From positions 1,548 through 65,547 of the forward strand of contig DATDXI010000066.1 of NCBI GenBank assembly GCA_035289385.1: a DNA stretch of 64,000 nt, written 5' to 3'. The first letter of the stretch is position 1. The number at the start of each line of letters is the position of its first letter. Shown one piece after another: positions 8,678 to 18,330 of the stretch. The DNA is from Candidatus Nanoarchaeia archaeon. GTDB lineage: Archaea; Nanobdellota; Nanobdellia; Woesearchaeales; GW2011-AR9. A program made the position numbers and the translations under genes. Below the pieces are notes generated by a model that saw only the letters and a list, made by a program, of their open reading frames with translations, was not told where the DNA came from and made no database searches.

Positions 8678-11089
8678 ATGAAAAAAGAGGCTTTAATTCT
8701 AGCATCATCATTACTCCTCTTATCTCTTGCTGGCTGCTCCTTTCCACCATTTCAAGATAATAATGAAGGTGCTGGCTCTTCAGATCCATCTGTAGTAACT
8801 ATTGGCTATATCGGCTGTTCTAACACGAGAGAGACAGTAGAAGGCTATGCTCATCTTGGCGGCAAAAAGATGTGGGATTCTCAGCGAAGATATGGTTCCG
8901 GAACGATTTTAGATTGGTCGCAGAACGTAGAGGAAGGAAGCAAATATTGGGATGTTTTTGATGAGCTTTTAGAGAAATATCCTAACACCAATACTATCTG
9001 GTTTGAGCTTTGCATCATGGATGAAGATCGGGCAACAAGTTATGAGCACGCTGCTTTAATCCTTAGTGAAATTAGGAAACGGATTCCAGCAGTTACTATT
9101 TATGTCTCTCCATTAGCAGACTATACTGAGGGCATATGTGAAATAACGGGGACGTTTGGTTTAGAAAAAGGAAAAGAATTGGCTAAAGAGCTGGATGAAA
9201 AGAATGAAGATGTTCTTCCCGGACCAGTTTTAGGACCGATGACACCTAAAGATACGGCAAAAGATGGCTGTCATCTGAGCAGCCCTGATGGAAAAAGAAA
9301 ACTGGGAAATCAGATGCGGCTGTTCTTTGATGCAGAAGAATATTCTGCCGATGAAGCATCTATAGGCTATATCGGCTGTTCCAATACGATGCAGACTATT
9401 GCCGCTTACTGGTCGGGTGATTATGGAGGAAAAGGCGCTAATTCTGGTGATGATCTTCTGTGGACATTTTATGAGGATGAGATTCACGAATATGATAGTG
9501 GTGCCGTCGTGGATTGGTCAAGAGGAGCAGAAAATGGAAATACGTTTTGGGAAACATTTGATCGATATTTAGAAAATAACCCTAATACTAAAGCGATTTT
9601 CTGGCAGTTATGCGTTCGTAAAGAGGAACCAACACCTTATGAAGAAGCTCTTCCTGTCCTGGAAGCAATCCGGGAGAGGATACCGGGAGCTGTCATTTAT
9701 GTTTCTCCCTTGCCGCCGTATACGGATGGAGTATGTGAAATTACGGGTACGTTAGGCATTGAAAGGGCAGGCGCATTGGCAGAAGAGCTTATCGAGAGGA
9801 ATGAAGATGTTCTTCCTGGGCCAATGTTGGGGCCGATGACTCCTGAAGATACTGATGAAGATGGCTGTCATTTAAGTGAAGCGGGCATGCAAACCATCGG
9901 GAAGCAGATGCGAGATTTTTTTGGTGGACTGGAGAATAAGGCAATTAGTGACATAGAGAATGAAGTAGCAATTATAGTCGAAGAAGGCAGTGATGAGCAA
10001 AGCGATGAAGCTGTTCTTGAAGAACTGTCCCCTGAAGAGCAACTATGGAGTGATCGTATTGAAAAAGCCATGGCTGCTACCTCTTGTCCTGACGCGGCTC
10101 AACCAACATTTCCAGATTCTTATTATCTAGGTCCTTTAGTAGACACTCATCTCCATATCCCTTCGATTCCTGACTGGTCAGCCGAAGAGGATGTAGAAAT
10201 GCAAGGTCGAGTTCCGGAAGGCCGTTTTGGTGGTCCGCAAGCTCTTTTAGGATGGAACGTCAGGATGAGCGACATTGCCTGTACCTTAACATCTGAAGGA
10301 ACTCGCAACAATTTTGCCTTCTTTCCTGCCTATGAAGGAAAAATATTTCCTTATCAGCTAGAAATGTGGAACAGAACGATGGCGCAATATCCAGAGTTAT
10401 TCACACCATTCATCATGTCTTCCGGGGATGACAGCAATCCTCAGGGCTTTCCTACCGTTGATGCAGCAACATTGAGGGAAATGCTCTCTCTTTATCCAGG
10501 CTTATTTGAAGGGTATGGTGAGATAGGTCTTTATGCGCGAGAAAATGGCGGATCTCCAGAACTTCCTCCGGATTCTCTTATGCTGCAAGAGATCTATCCT
10601 CTCGTTCGGGAGAACAATCTTGTGGTCTATTTTCATCTAGGAGATGGGCATAAGGATACCTTTGAAAAAGTGCTGGAGCAGTATCCAGACATCACGTTTA
10701 TCTGGCATGGCGATCAGCTTTCTGTCGAAGAAGTTAAAGATGTTTTGCGGAAGCATCCTAATGCTAATTATGGAGTTGACGAATTTTTTGGCGGGGAACG
10801 AGAAATTTTTGAGCTGTATGTCGGGAAGAGCAAAGAAGAATATTTAGCATCTGCGAATAAGAATTTTGATAAGATCATCAATCAGGCCATAAATCATTGG
10901 GAATCCCTGATTGAGCAGTATCCTGATCAAGTCACCTGGGGCACGGACCGAGGAGATGCAGTATGGAATTATGATTCAGATGTTGGGCAGATGCAAGTGA
11001 AGATCGCCCGAGCATTCATCGGAAAACTGGATAAGGATGTTCAGGAAAAATTTGCGTATAAAAATGCGGAGCGCCTTGTTTCAGGCTAA
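8678..11089 (+). CDS. Lipoprotein with two tandem copies of an unknown ~190-aa domain fused to a C-terminal amidohydrolase-like (TIM-barrel metal hydrolase) domain
   Basis: Lipobox LSLAGCS. An internal duplication is visible directly: IGYIGCSNT...IYVSPL.DYTEGICEITGTFGLEKG...EDVLPGPVLGPMTPKDTAKDGCHLS is repeated as IGYIGCSNT...IYVSPLPPYTDGVCEITGTLGIERA...EDVLPGPMLGPMTPEDTDEDGCHLS. The C-terminal part has LVDTHLHIPS, GYGEIGLYARE, VVYFHLGDGH and WGTDRGD, reminiscent of amidohydrolase-fold metal ligands. Confidence 0.6.
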   Translation: MKKEALILASSLLLLSLAGCSFPPFQDNNEGAGSSDPSVVTIGYIGCSNTRETVEGYAHLGGKKMWDSQRRYGSGTILDWSQNVEEGSKYWDVFDELLEKYPNTNTIWFELCIMDEDRATSYEHAALILSEIRKRIPAVTIYVSPLADYTEGICEITGTFGLEKGKELAKELDEKNEDVLPGPVLGPMTPKDTAKDGCHLSSPDGKRKLGNQMRLFFDAEEYSADEASIGYIGCSNTMQTIAAYWSGDYGGKGANSGDDLLWTFYEDEIHEYDSGAVVDWSRGAENGNTFWETFDRYLENNPNTKAIFWQLCVRKEEPTPYEEALPVLEAIRERIPGAVIYVSPLPPYTDGVCEITGTLGIERAGALAEELIERNEDVLPGPMLGPMTPEDTDEDGCHLSEAGMQTIGKQMRDFFGGLENKAISDIENEVAIIVEEGSDEQSDEAVLEELSPEEQLWSDRIEKAMAATSCPDAAQPTFPDSYYLGPLVDTHLHIPSIPDWSAEEDVEMQGRVPEGRFGGPQALLGWNVRMSDIACTLTSEGTRNNFAFFPAYEGKIFPYQLEMWNRTMAQYPELFTPFIMSSGDDSNPQGFPTVDAATLREMLSLYPGLFEGYGEIGLYARENGGSPELPPDSLMLQEIYPLVRENNLVVYFHLGDGHKDTFEKVLEQYPDITFIWHGDQLSVEEVKDVLRKHPNANYGVDEFFGGEREIFELYVGKSKEEYLASANKNFDKIINQAINHWESLIEQYPDQVTWGTDRGDAVWNYDSDVGQMQVKIARAFIGKLDKDVQEKFAYKNAERLVSG

Positions 11090-11094
11090 GGTAG

Positions 11095-12099
11095 TTGTTG
11101 AGAATGAAAAATATCACTAAAAAAAAACAAGAACGTCCTCGTGCTTCTATTAAAGATCATCTCCTTCGAAGTGTTCCTATGGTTCAGCAGCAGGCTACGG
11201 TGAAGAGTGTTTTAAGCATGCTGGAGAAATTTGGCAAGAAGCATGACAGCGTTGATTGTATCTATGTTATAGACCCTTCCGGCTCATTCCTTGGTTTTTT
11301 TCATGTCAAAGAGTTGTTTCATCGCCCAAAAGATGCTCTTGTGTCATCATTTCTGACAAAAGGAACAGTTACTGCTCACTTGGAGATGGAGCTGGAGAAA
11401 GCTGCCCATCTGGCACTTCAGCATAACTTGATCCAAGTTCCTGTGGTGAAAGACAAGAAGTTGATAGGAGTTGTTTCTTCGCGGGAGATTTTGTCGACGA
11501 TCAACAGGTCACTTCGAAAAGATATCTTCCATTTTGCCGGTATCCACCATTCCCACCTTGATTTTCAGGACAGCATGGAGATCCCTTTTTTTAAATCAGT
11601 ACGGCATCGCCTGTCCTGGCTGATCGTCGGTTTTATCGGGGCGATGCTCATGGCAGTATACATAGGCTTGTTTGAAGAGACGCTCACTCATTATCTGATC
11701 ATCGCTTCTTTTGTCCCGGCTATCGTTTATATCAGTGATGCCCTGGGCACGCAATTCCAGACGATCTTTGTGAGGGACTTAGCGATTATGGGAAAAGAGC
11801 TGAATGTCCGGCTTTATTTCATTCGACATCTAGGGATAGGTTTGTTCATCGCTATGATCATTGGGCTGATCATGTTTTCTTCCATCTGGCTGATATGGAG
11901 ACAGCCAAGAATCGCATTTATTATCTCCTTAGCTGCTTTTATCACGCTGCTGATTACCAGCTTTACTTCATTGTTCGTTACCTTATTGATCCGGCGCTTC
12001 AAGTTTGATCCTGCTTTAGGCAGCGGTCCTATCGCTACGATCATCTCTGATATGACCTCCGTCATCATTTACTTTGTCATCGTGGTTTTGTTTATTTGA
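11095..12099 (+). CDS. mgtE: Mg2+ transporter MgtE-like (CBS pair plus C-terminal membrane domain)
   Basis: Has a CBS-pair region (IQVPVVKDKKLIGVVSSREIL) followed by five hydrophobic helices and an MgtE-like C-terminal tail. Confidence 0.65.
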   Translation: MLRMKNITKKKQERPRASIKDHLLRSVPMVQQQATVKSVLSMLEKFGKKHDSVDCIYVIDPSGSFLGFFHVKELFHRPKDALVSSFLTKGTVTAHLEMELEKAAHLALQHNLIQVPVVKDKKLIGVVSSREILSTINRSLRKDIFHFAGIHHSHLDFQDSMEIPFFKSVRHRLSWLIVGFIGAMLMAVYIGLFEETLTHYLIIASFVPAIVYISDALGTQFQTIFVRDLAIMGKELNVRLYFIRHLGIGLFIAMIIGLIMFSSIWLIWRQPRIAFIISLAAFITLLITSFTSLFVTLLIRRFKFDPALGSGPIATIISDMTSVIIYFVIVVLFI

Positions 12100-12183
12100 A
12101 AGAATGGGTTATATCTTGTCGTTTCGCTGTTTCTAAGGAGGAATGTTTTTAAGTTTGTGACTATTTACTTTCTTTGAAGAGGT

Positions 12184-12735
12184 ATGGAAGAGCAACGGCC
12201 AATGATAAAACCAGAAGAGATTAAAATAGAGATCATTAGTCCTAATTATAACATAGACACATTTCAGTCTTACGAAAAAGAACTGGTTGATTTCTTGAGA
12301 GAAGATGCGCTGGAAAACCAAAAACAAAGATTATCCATCACCTTTTTGTGGTTTTATAAAGATCAGTTAGTATCGTATATTTCTCTGCTGAATGATAAAG
12401 TAAACCTGGAAGGCGATTTGAAAGAATTCTTCAAAGAGAAGGGAATCCATTACAAATCTTTGCCTGCTTTGAAAATCGGCCGTCTTTGTGTTGATAACCG
12501 CTTTCTACAGAGAGGTTTAGGCAGATTAATGATACTTTTGGCAATCCAGATGGCAAATGAAATAAACCGGACAAAAGCGGGCTGTAGATTTATCACACTA
12601 GACGCCAAAAGAAATCCAGATCCTAAATTAGATTCTATCCATTTTTATAAGAAACAGGGATTCAAAGCGTTAAAAGAAAGGATAAAGGGAACAACACCAA
12701 TGTATGTCGATTTGAAACTCATCGAGGAAAGTTAA
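12184..12735 (+). CDS. GNAT-family N-acetyltransferase
   Basis: GNAT motif A region (LKIGRLCVDNRFLQRGLGRLMIL) and an acetyl-CoA-binding beta-bulge pattern. Confidence 0.65.
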   Translation: MEEQRPMIKPEEIKIEIISPNYNIDTFQSYEKELVDFLREDALENQKQRLSITFLWFYKDQLVSYISLLNDKVNLEGDLKEFFKEKGIHYKSLPALKIGRLCVDNRFLQRGLGRLMILLAIQMANEINRTKAGCRFITLDAKRNPDPKLDSIHFYKKQGFKALKERIKGTTPMYVDLKLIEES

Positions 12736-12942
12736 ATTTAACGTTCATGGCGTCATGCAGTAGCTTAATGCGTGCTTTGGACGGATTTCGCTGCTCTTCC
12801 AATACTTCTTGGATAAATCTTCGTGCATCTTCTCCTCTCAACGTAGGAGTTGCTCGGATTGGTTTTGCCATAGGGTTAGAAAAGGAGCCGTCTATTTAAA
12901 ATTAACTGGCTGTTTTTGATTTATTTGCATGGTGGTATGGTT

Positions 12943-13221
12943 TCACATATTTTTATGATATCTTCTAAATAAATAATGGATTATTCCTCCACCTATCGCA
13001 TATACTATTCCTTGAAGAAGAAAGGACAAGACCACACTTATTGATGGAAACAAAATAGACAAATAGGTGTAAATGGGAAAAAAAATGTAGAACAAAGTAC
13101 CAAAAAGAGGAATCCCTGTAAAAGCAAGAATAAACAGAAGCAGCCCGCCAAGAGATCCAACTAAAAAACCAATGAGCATCCCTTTAAGGTACTTCTGCCA
13201 GATATCTAAACTCCTCTTCAT
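12943..13221 (-). CDS. Small integral membrane protein
   Basis: 92 aa with three predicted TM helices. Function unknown. Confidence 0.4.
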   Translation of the reverse strand: MKRSLDIWQKYLKGMLIGFLVGSLGGLLLFILAFTGIPLFGTLFYIFFPIYTYLSILFPSISVVLSFLLQGIVYAIGGGIIHYLFRRYHKNM

Positions 13222-13368
13222 AAAGTTTAGTATCTTCTTTTCATTAATAAATGTTTGTTCGATGTAGCGCCACTAACTTCCCATCGCAAATTATTTAAAC
13301 CACCCTCTTCTTTGAAGGGAAAATAAGTAGTAAAGAATATTGAAAAGAAGTATTGAGGAGGGATATTT

Positions 13369-15375
13369 ATGATCGAAATCATTGCCATGGTTGTTAGTTT
13401 ATTAGCGTTAGCATACGCAGGTTATCTTTCTTGGACCATTTTAAAGGTAGAAACAGGTACTGAAAAGATGCAGGAAATCGCTGCAGCGATCAAGGAAGGG
13501 GCGATGGCGTTCATGGCCAGGCAATACAAAACGATCGCTATTTTTGCCGTGATCATTGCTGTCATCTTAGCCGTATTATTCCCTTGGCAGGTGGCTGCTG
13601 GATTTATCATCGGAGCGCTGCTCTCTGCGGCATCAGGATTTATCGGAATGAGCATCTCTGTTCGCGCAAATGTAAGAACGGCTCACATTGCCCGGAAAGG
13701 ATTGGCTGAAGCATTATCATTAGCATTCAAAGGCGGTTCTGTAACAGGAATGGCCGTTGTCGGTTTGGCTTTGCTTGCCGTAAGTGTTTCTTATGCTCTA
13801 TTTGATAAGAATCCTGCATTATTAGTTGGCCTAGGCTTTGGTGCTTCGTTAATATCTCTCTTTGCCAGAGTCGGTGGTGGCATTTACACCAAAGCTGCTG
13901 ACGTAGGCGCAGATCTTGTTGGTAAAGTAGAAGCTGGAATTCCTGAAGATGATCCTCGAAATCCGGCAACAATTGCAGATAATGTAGGAGATAACGTAGG
14001 AGATTGCGCGGGAATGGGTGCAGATTTATATGAAACGTATGTTGTTACCTTATTAGCGGCGATGCTTCTTGCTTTATTGCCTTCTGTTTCTTCAGCTTAC
14101 AACCAAGCGGTCGAATTTCCGTTGATGTTAGGTGCAGTGGCTATCATCAGTTCCATCATCGGCACGTTTTTTGTACGGCTAGGAAAGTCACAGAATATTA
14201 TGGCAGCATTGTATAAAGGCCTGATTGCTGCAGGAATCATTTCTGCTGCTGGTTTTCTGGCGGTAACTCTTTACACCAACAATCCTCTGAACCTTTTTTA
14301 TGCTACGCTTGTCGGATTATTTGTGACGTTAGGAATAAATGTCGTTACGGAATATTATACTAGCACAAAATATAAACCTGTCCAAAAGATTGCGGAAAGT
14401 TCGGTAACTGGAGCGGGGACAAACTTGATTTCCGGCTTAGCTTTCGGTTTACAGTCTACCATCATTCCTGTCCTTCTCATCTGTGCAGGTATTCTGGTAT
14501 CTTACTGGTTAGCGGGGATTTATGGAGTAGCTATTGCTGCCGTAGCCATGCTTTCTCTGACAGGCATGATCATCGCTTTAGATAGTTATGGGCCTATTAC
14601 CGATAATGCTGGGGGAATCGCAGAGATGTCTGATCTTCCTCATGATGTGCGAAAGACAACTGATGCGTTGGATGCGGTAGGAAATACGACGAAAGCAGTC
14701 ACAAAAGGATATGCTATCGGCTCTGCTGCCTTAGCTGCCTTAGCTTTATTTGCTGCCTTTATCCATGAAATTAATCTTGATGGGATGGCTGAACAGTTTA
14801 CCTTTTTGATTACTGATCCAGTAGTATTAATAGGATTGTTCATCGGCAGTTTGCTGCCGTTTGCCTTCTCTTCCCTCTGCATGACGGCAGTAGGAAGCGC
14901 TGCTCATGAGATAGTGGTAGAAGTACGGCGCCAGTTTAAGGAAATTAAGGGTTTGATGCAAGGCAAGGCAAAACCAGAATATGGGAAGTGTGTAGATATC
15001 GTCACTAAAGCAGCATTGCATCACATGATCTTGCCGGCTGTTATTGCCGTAGTTGCTCCTTTAGCTGTGGGTATGCTGCTGGGGATCAAAGCTCTAGGTG
15101 GCTTGCTCATTGGAGTTATTCTGTCAGGATTGTTATTGGCGCTGTTCATGTCCAATACGGGTGCTGCCTGGGATAATGCCAAGAAGTATATCGAGCAAGG
15201 CAATTTTGGCGGAAAAGGATCAGATGCGCATAAGGCAGCTGTTGTTGGGGATACGGTAGGGGATCCGTTCAAAGATACGGCCGGGCCAGCTCTGAATGCG
15301 CTGATCAAAGTTATCAATACCTTAGCTATCGTCTTTGCACCATTGTTTGTGGCGTATGGGCTGAGGTTGTTTTGA
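13369..15375 (+). CDS. hppA: Membrane-bound H+(or Na+)-translocating pyrophosphatase
   Basis: Multiple TM helices with H+-PPase signatures ([65 protein letters not shown]). Confidence 0.9.
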   Translation: MIEIIAMVVSLLALAYAGYLSWTILKVETGTEKMQEIAAAIKEGAMAFMARQYKTIAIFAVIIAVILAVLFPWQVAAGFIIGALLSAASGFIGMSISVRANVRTAHIARKGLAEALSLAFKGGSVTGMAVVGLALLAVSVSYALFDKNPALLVGLGFGASLISLFARVGGGIYTKAADVGADLVGKVEAGIPEDDPRNPATIADNVGDNVGDCAGMGADLYETYVVTLLAAMLLALLPSVSSAYNQAVEFPLMLGAVAIISSIIGTFFVRLGKSQNIMAALYKGLIAAGIISAAGFLAVTLYTNNPLNLFYATLVGLFVTLGINVVTEYYTSTKYKPVQKIAESSVTGAGTNLISGLAFGLQSTIIPVLLICAGILVSYWLAGIYGVAIAAVAMLSLTGMIIALDSYGPITDNAGGIAEMSDLPHDVRKTTDALDAVGNTTKAVTKGYAIGSAALAALALFAAFIHEINLDGMAEQFTFLITDPVVLIGLFIGSLLPFAFSSLCMTAVGSAAHEIVVEVRRQFKEIKGLMQGKAKPEYGKCVDIVTKAALHHMILPAVIAVVAPLAVGMLLGIKALGGLLIGVILSGLLLALFMSNTGAAWDNAKKYIEQGNFGGKGSDAHKAAVVGDTVGDPFKDTAGPALNALIKVINTLAIVFAPLFVAYGLRLF

Positions 15376-15603
15376 GTTATTTTTGAGAACGTTTTTTCTT
15401 CTCTTTTTTCGGTTAAACTTTTTTTGATGAAGAATAAGAAGCACTATTCCTATTTTTTGTAGCCGAAGATTTGATCATATTCTTTATGGTCGACGATGTT
15501 TAAGACAAAATCAATAATCTCAACTTCATTTGATTGGATCGTATAGATTAAGCGCCAATAATCGGAGAGATTTATACGCCAAAGATTAGTGATGCCATAC
15601 TTT

Positions 15604-15927
15604 TTAAGATGATAAAAATGCGTGAAACCGCTTTATTAACCACGTATTTTTAGCATGCAAAAATTTCGCCCTAAAGGGTGGGGTTTTACACCCAGCGAAA
15701 TTTTTTGCATAGTAATCAGGAATCAAACTCTTCTGGACCTGCTCTCCTGCGAAAGGATTTTGTTGAAGCCAGCCTTTCACTCGTTCAACAGAGCGAAAAA
15801 TAGATTGGTGAACAGAAGATGTCACTTCTCTTTGCAGCTCATCACCAACAATTCTATTTAACTCATCATATTCCTCTGCAGCTTCTTCAGACAGAATGAC
15901 TTTTATCTCTTTTCCTTTAAACTTCAT
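15604..15927 (-). CDS. RelE/ParE/YoeB-like toxin, apparently frameshifted near its 3' end
   Basis: N-terminal 75 aa are RelE-like (...NPFAGEQVQKSLIPDYYAK). The +1 frame downstream (15450-15640, no start codon) encodes a convincing RelE-fold C-terminus: YGITNLWRINLSDYWRLIYTIQSNEVEIIDFVLNIVDHKEY. Confidence 0.45.
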   Translation of the reverse strand: MKFKGKEIKVILSEEAAEEYDELNRIVGDELQREVTSSVHQSIFRSVERVKGWLQQNPFAGEQVQKSLIPDYYAKNFAGCKTPPFRAKFLHAKNTWLIKRFHAFLSS

Positions 15928-16181
15928 AATTCTGTTCCTCGAGCAATAGCTTCTCGCAGCTTTGGATGATCATTGTGAGTCCAAAGAATCCCCTTGTGCC
16001 CATCGATGATACATCCTTTTTCCTCAAGGTATTCTAGAATTACATTAAGAGTTTGGTGCATGACTTGGGTAGGAAGTCTCTTCTTTAGCTCTTCTCTACT
16101 TATCGTTGTTTCTGCTTCTTGGAGTATTTTCTCTACCATCAGCACTGTTTTCAGGTTTGGATAATGAAGTATTTGTTCCAT
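15924..16181 (-). CDS. Small protein upstream of the RelE-like gene and overlapping it by 4 bp; putative antitoxin
   Basis: 85 aa. The ATGA overlap with the downstream toxin-like gene indicates translational coupling. There is no strong family motif. Confidence 0.35.
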   Translation of the reverse strand: MEQILHYPNLKTVLMVEKILQEAETTISREELKKRLPTQVMHQTLNVILEYLEEKGCIIDGHKGILWTHNDHPKLREAIARGTEL

Positions 16182-16277
16182 TTTGTATAAACTTATCCTA
16201 TAAATAGTATAAGTATATATAAACCTTTTGTTGTTTTTCTGATGGTTTTTTGTTGGAATATTATGATTCTACTTTTT

Positions 16278-17231
16278 TTAATCCGGCACAATCGATAACG
16301 TCGGGAATTCCGTATAGCCAAAGTACTCGTATCCTTTGATTACATCACTAAATCTCTTTACTACTTCTTCCAAGACTTCCAATAAATGGCTCAAATCTCT
16401 TACAACAATCTCTGTCTCAAAATCTGCTCCGCCGATGGACTTATTGATCTGATAAAAATATTTGTGCTGCTTCAGATACTCAAATAACTCCTTATTTCTT
16501 TTCATGGAATTCAATAAAAAATCAACCCTATATCCTTGATAACCCATCTTTTGCAAGTTAGGATTTATTTTATAACCAACAATAATGTTTTCCTTTTCAA
16601 GCCGGATAATTCTTTTTCTTACTGTTTCAGATGAAACCTTCAATTGTTGGGCAATCTTTGTCAATGGTTTTCTGACGTCAATGGCATATAGCTGGATTAT
16701 TTGCTCATCCAATTCATCCACGTCAGCAAGTTGGCCGCTTCCATAAACTCTTTCAATAACTTCTGTCTTTCCGTCCATGAAAAATCTCTTGTTAAAATTA
16801 TGGACTGGCGCGTAGATGGCAATCTTACTCTCTGCAATTTTATCTTTATACCCTAACAGAACATCATTCCATAGTTGATGAAACTTATCTGTTGACTTTA
16901 CGCCCATAAAAAAAGCAAAATCCCATTTCCCATGAAGGACTGTTGTCGTCCAAACATTTTCTTTAATCTTTATTTTTTCATAAAATTCTTTTTTTTGTCC
17001 TTCCGTCATATTCTGCCATCTTAAGTACACACGAAAGGTAAAATACCCTAGCTTTGACATATCCACAATAGCACTACATCCCAGAATGATCTTCTCGTTT
17101 TCTAACCTATGGATGCGAAAATTAACAAACTCTTTTGATCGTTTAACCCTTTTGGCAATGGCTGAAACCGGTTGCGATGAATCTCGTTCCAGCTCAAAAA
17201 GGATCTTCTTATCAAATACATCTAGCTTCAT
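16278..17231 (-). CDS. Tandem-domain Lrp/AsnC-family transcriptional regulator (two HTH+RAM repeats)
   Basis: Two repeats, each with an N-terminal Lrp HTH (DVFDKKILFELERDSSQPVSAIAKRVKRSKEFVNFRIHRLENEKII; DELDEQIIQLYAIDVRKPLTKIAQQLKVSSETVRKRIIRLEKENIIV) followed by RAM-like domains. Confidence 0.75.
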   Translation of the reverse strand: MKLDVFDKKILFELERDSSQPVSAIAKRVKRSKEFVNFRIHRLENEKIILGCSAIVDMSKLGYFTFRVYLRWQNMTEGQKKEFYEKIKIKENVWTTTVLHGKWDFAFFMGVKSTDKFHQLWNDVLLGYKDKIAESKIAIYAPVHNFNKRFFMDGKTEVIERVYGSGQLADVDELDEQIIQLYAIDVRKPLTKIAQQLKVSSETVRKRIIRLEKENIIVGYKINPNLQKMGYQGYRVDFLLNSMKRNKELFEYLKQHKYFYQINKSIGGADFETEIVVRDLSHLLEVLEEVVKRFSDVIKGYEYFGYTEFPTLSIVPD

Positions 17232-17234
17232 TTA

Positions 17235-17726
17235 TTGCTTAAATCCAATAATATTTATAAATTTATTGTTAAAGATAAATATATTGGTAAAAATATTTAT
17301 ATATTGCTCTGTAGCTCCTGTGGAGTTATGACTAGCATCATTGATTACTTAACAACATTTGAATTAACAAATGATCGGGAGAGAGCTTTTTTTAGAACTA
17401 TTGCTTCTCTTCTTGCTTCAGCAGGAAGATCTGTTGTTGATGGTAGTGTAAACCTCTATCAAAAAACGCCGGCAACGGTAAAAGCTGGGATTGTTGCATC
17501 TGCGGTAACAGCAGGAGCTATTCTAGGATATCAAGCACTGACACAGACTACCTCTGATCGGGCTAAATCTGAGGGTACGACTATTTGTATAAATTATTCT
17601 GTCGAACGTGCTCCTCATGCAAGCCCTTTAGATGTTTCAGATTGTGTTACTCCGGAAAGATTAGCTGAGCTTTATCAAGATCCCTATGTAACAATTCGTA
17701 GTGGTAGGCATCCATTTGGTTTTTAA
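17235..17726 (+). CDS. Small hypothetical protein (possible start at ATG 17321)
   Basis: ORF only. Ala/Ser/Thr-rich and possibly secreted. Confidence 0.3.
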   Translation: MLKSNNIYKFIVKDKYIGKNIYILLCSSCGVMTSIIDYLTTFELTNDRERAFFRTIASLLASAGRSVVDGSVNLYQKTPATVKAGIVASAVTAGAILGYQALTQTTSDRAKSEGTTICINYSVERAPHASPLDVSDCVTPERLAELYQDPYVTIRSGRHPFGF

Positions 17727-17747
17727 TGAGGTACATCCAAAAATACT

Positions 17748-18107
17748 ATGATACAAAACAGCATGAGAAGATTAGGAATTGCAGCAATAGCGGCATTGTC
17801 ATTGTATGGTGCAGTCGACTTGGTTAGTACCGTTTATCGCCATCTAACTCCGTCTGAAGAAGCAAAGCCACAGGAGAGATACCAGCTCTTGTTAGGATAT
17901 TGCAATCCCGAATTAAATTCCTGTAGAAGTGCCATCCCCCAAATTACTCTGAGAAGAGAAAGTGATGCTCGAATGTTGTTGGATGTAACCTTTACCAATT
18001 ATTTTGGGAGTAATAGGCCTTATATTCATGCTGTATGGACTGATCCGGAATTATCTGACATGTTAGGTGGGGAATTATCTGTAGTTGTTACAGGAAGTCC
18101 GAGATGA
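17748..18107 (+). CDS. Small secreted hypothetical protein
   Basis: N-terminal signal-like segment (LGIAAIAALSLYGAV). 119 aa. Confidence 0.4.
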   Translation: MIQNSMRRLGIAAIAALSLYGAVDLVSTVYRHLTPSEEAKPQERYQLLLGYCNPELNSCRSAIPQITLRRESDARMLLDVTFTNYFGSNRPYIHAVWTDPELSDMLGGELSVVVTGSPR

Positions 18108-18145
18108 AGTATTGTAATCTTCCTTAATTTACGGAGAGACTATTT

Positions 18146-18300
18146 CTGCGCATTTTAGCATTAACTCATTTGATTAACCGCGCATTTTTACATTAGTTTA
18201 TTAAATATATTAAAATATGTAGGAATAAGCTTAAAATAGCTGAAAATTAACCGCGCATTTTGACATTTATACATTAAAAATAATGCGCATTTTGACAAAG
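18146..18300 (+). promoter_or_regulatory. Four direct copies of a GCGCATTTT(A/T/G)(A/G)CA motif upstream of the RelA/SpoT-domain gene
   Basis: The copies are ctGCGCATTTTAGCAtt (18146-18163), aaccGCGCATTTTTACAtt (18176-18194), aaccGCGCATTTTGACAtt (18249-18267) and aatGCGCATTTTGACAaa (18282-18299). They lie in a 220-bp AT-rich intergenic region ending 30 bp before the ATG. Confidence 0.5.
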
Positions 18301-18330
18301 TTTAAATAATAGATAGTTTTTTACTCACTT

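Noticed and set aside
17086-17331. 81-aa plus-strand ORF
   Set aside because: It overlaps the 5' end of the Lrp-like gene and its AT-rich promoter region. It is low-complexity and probably non-coding.
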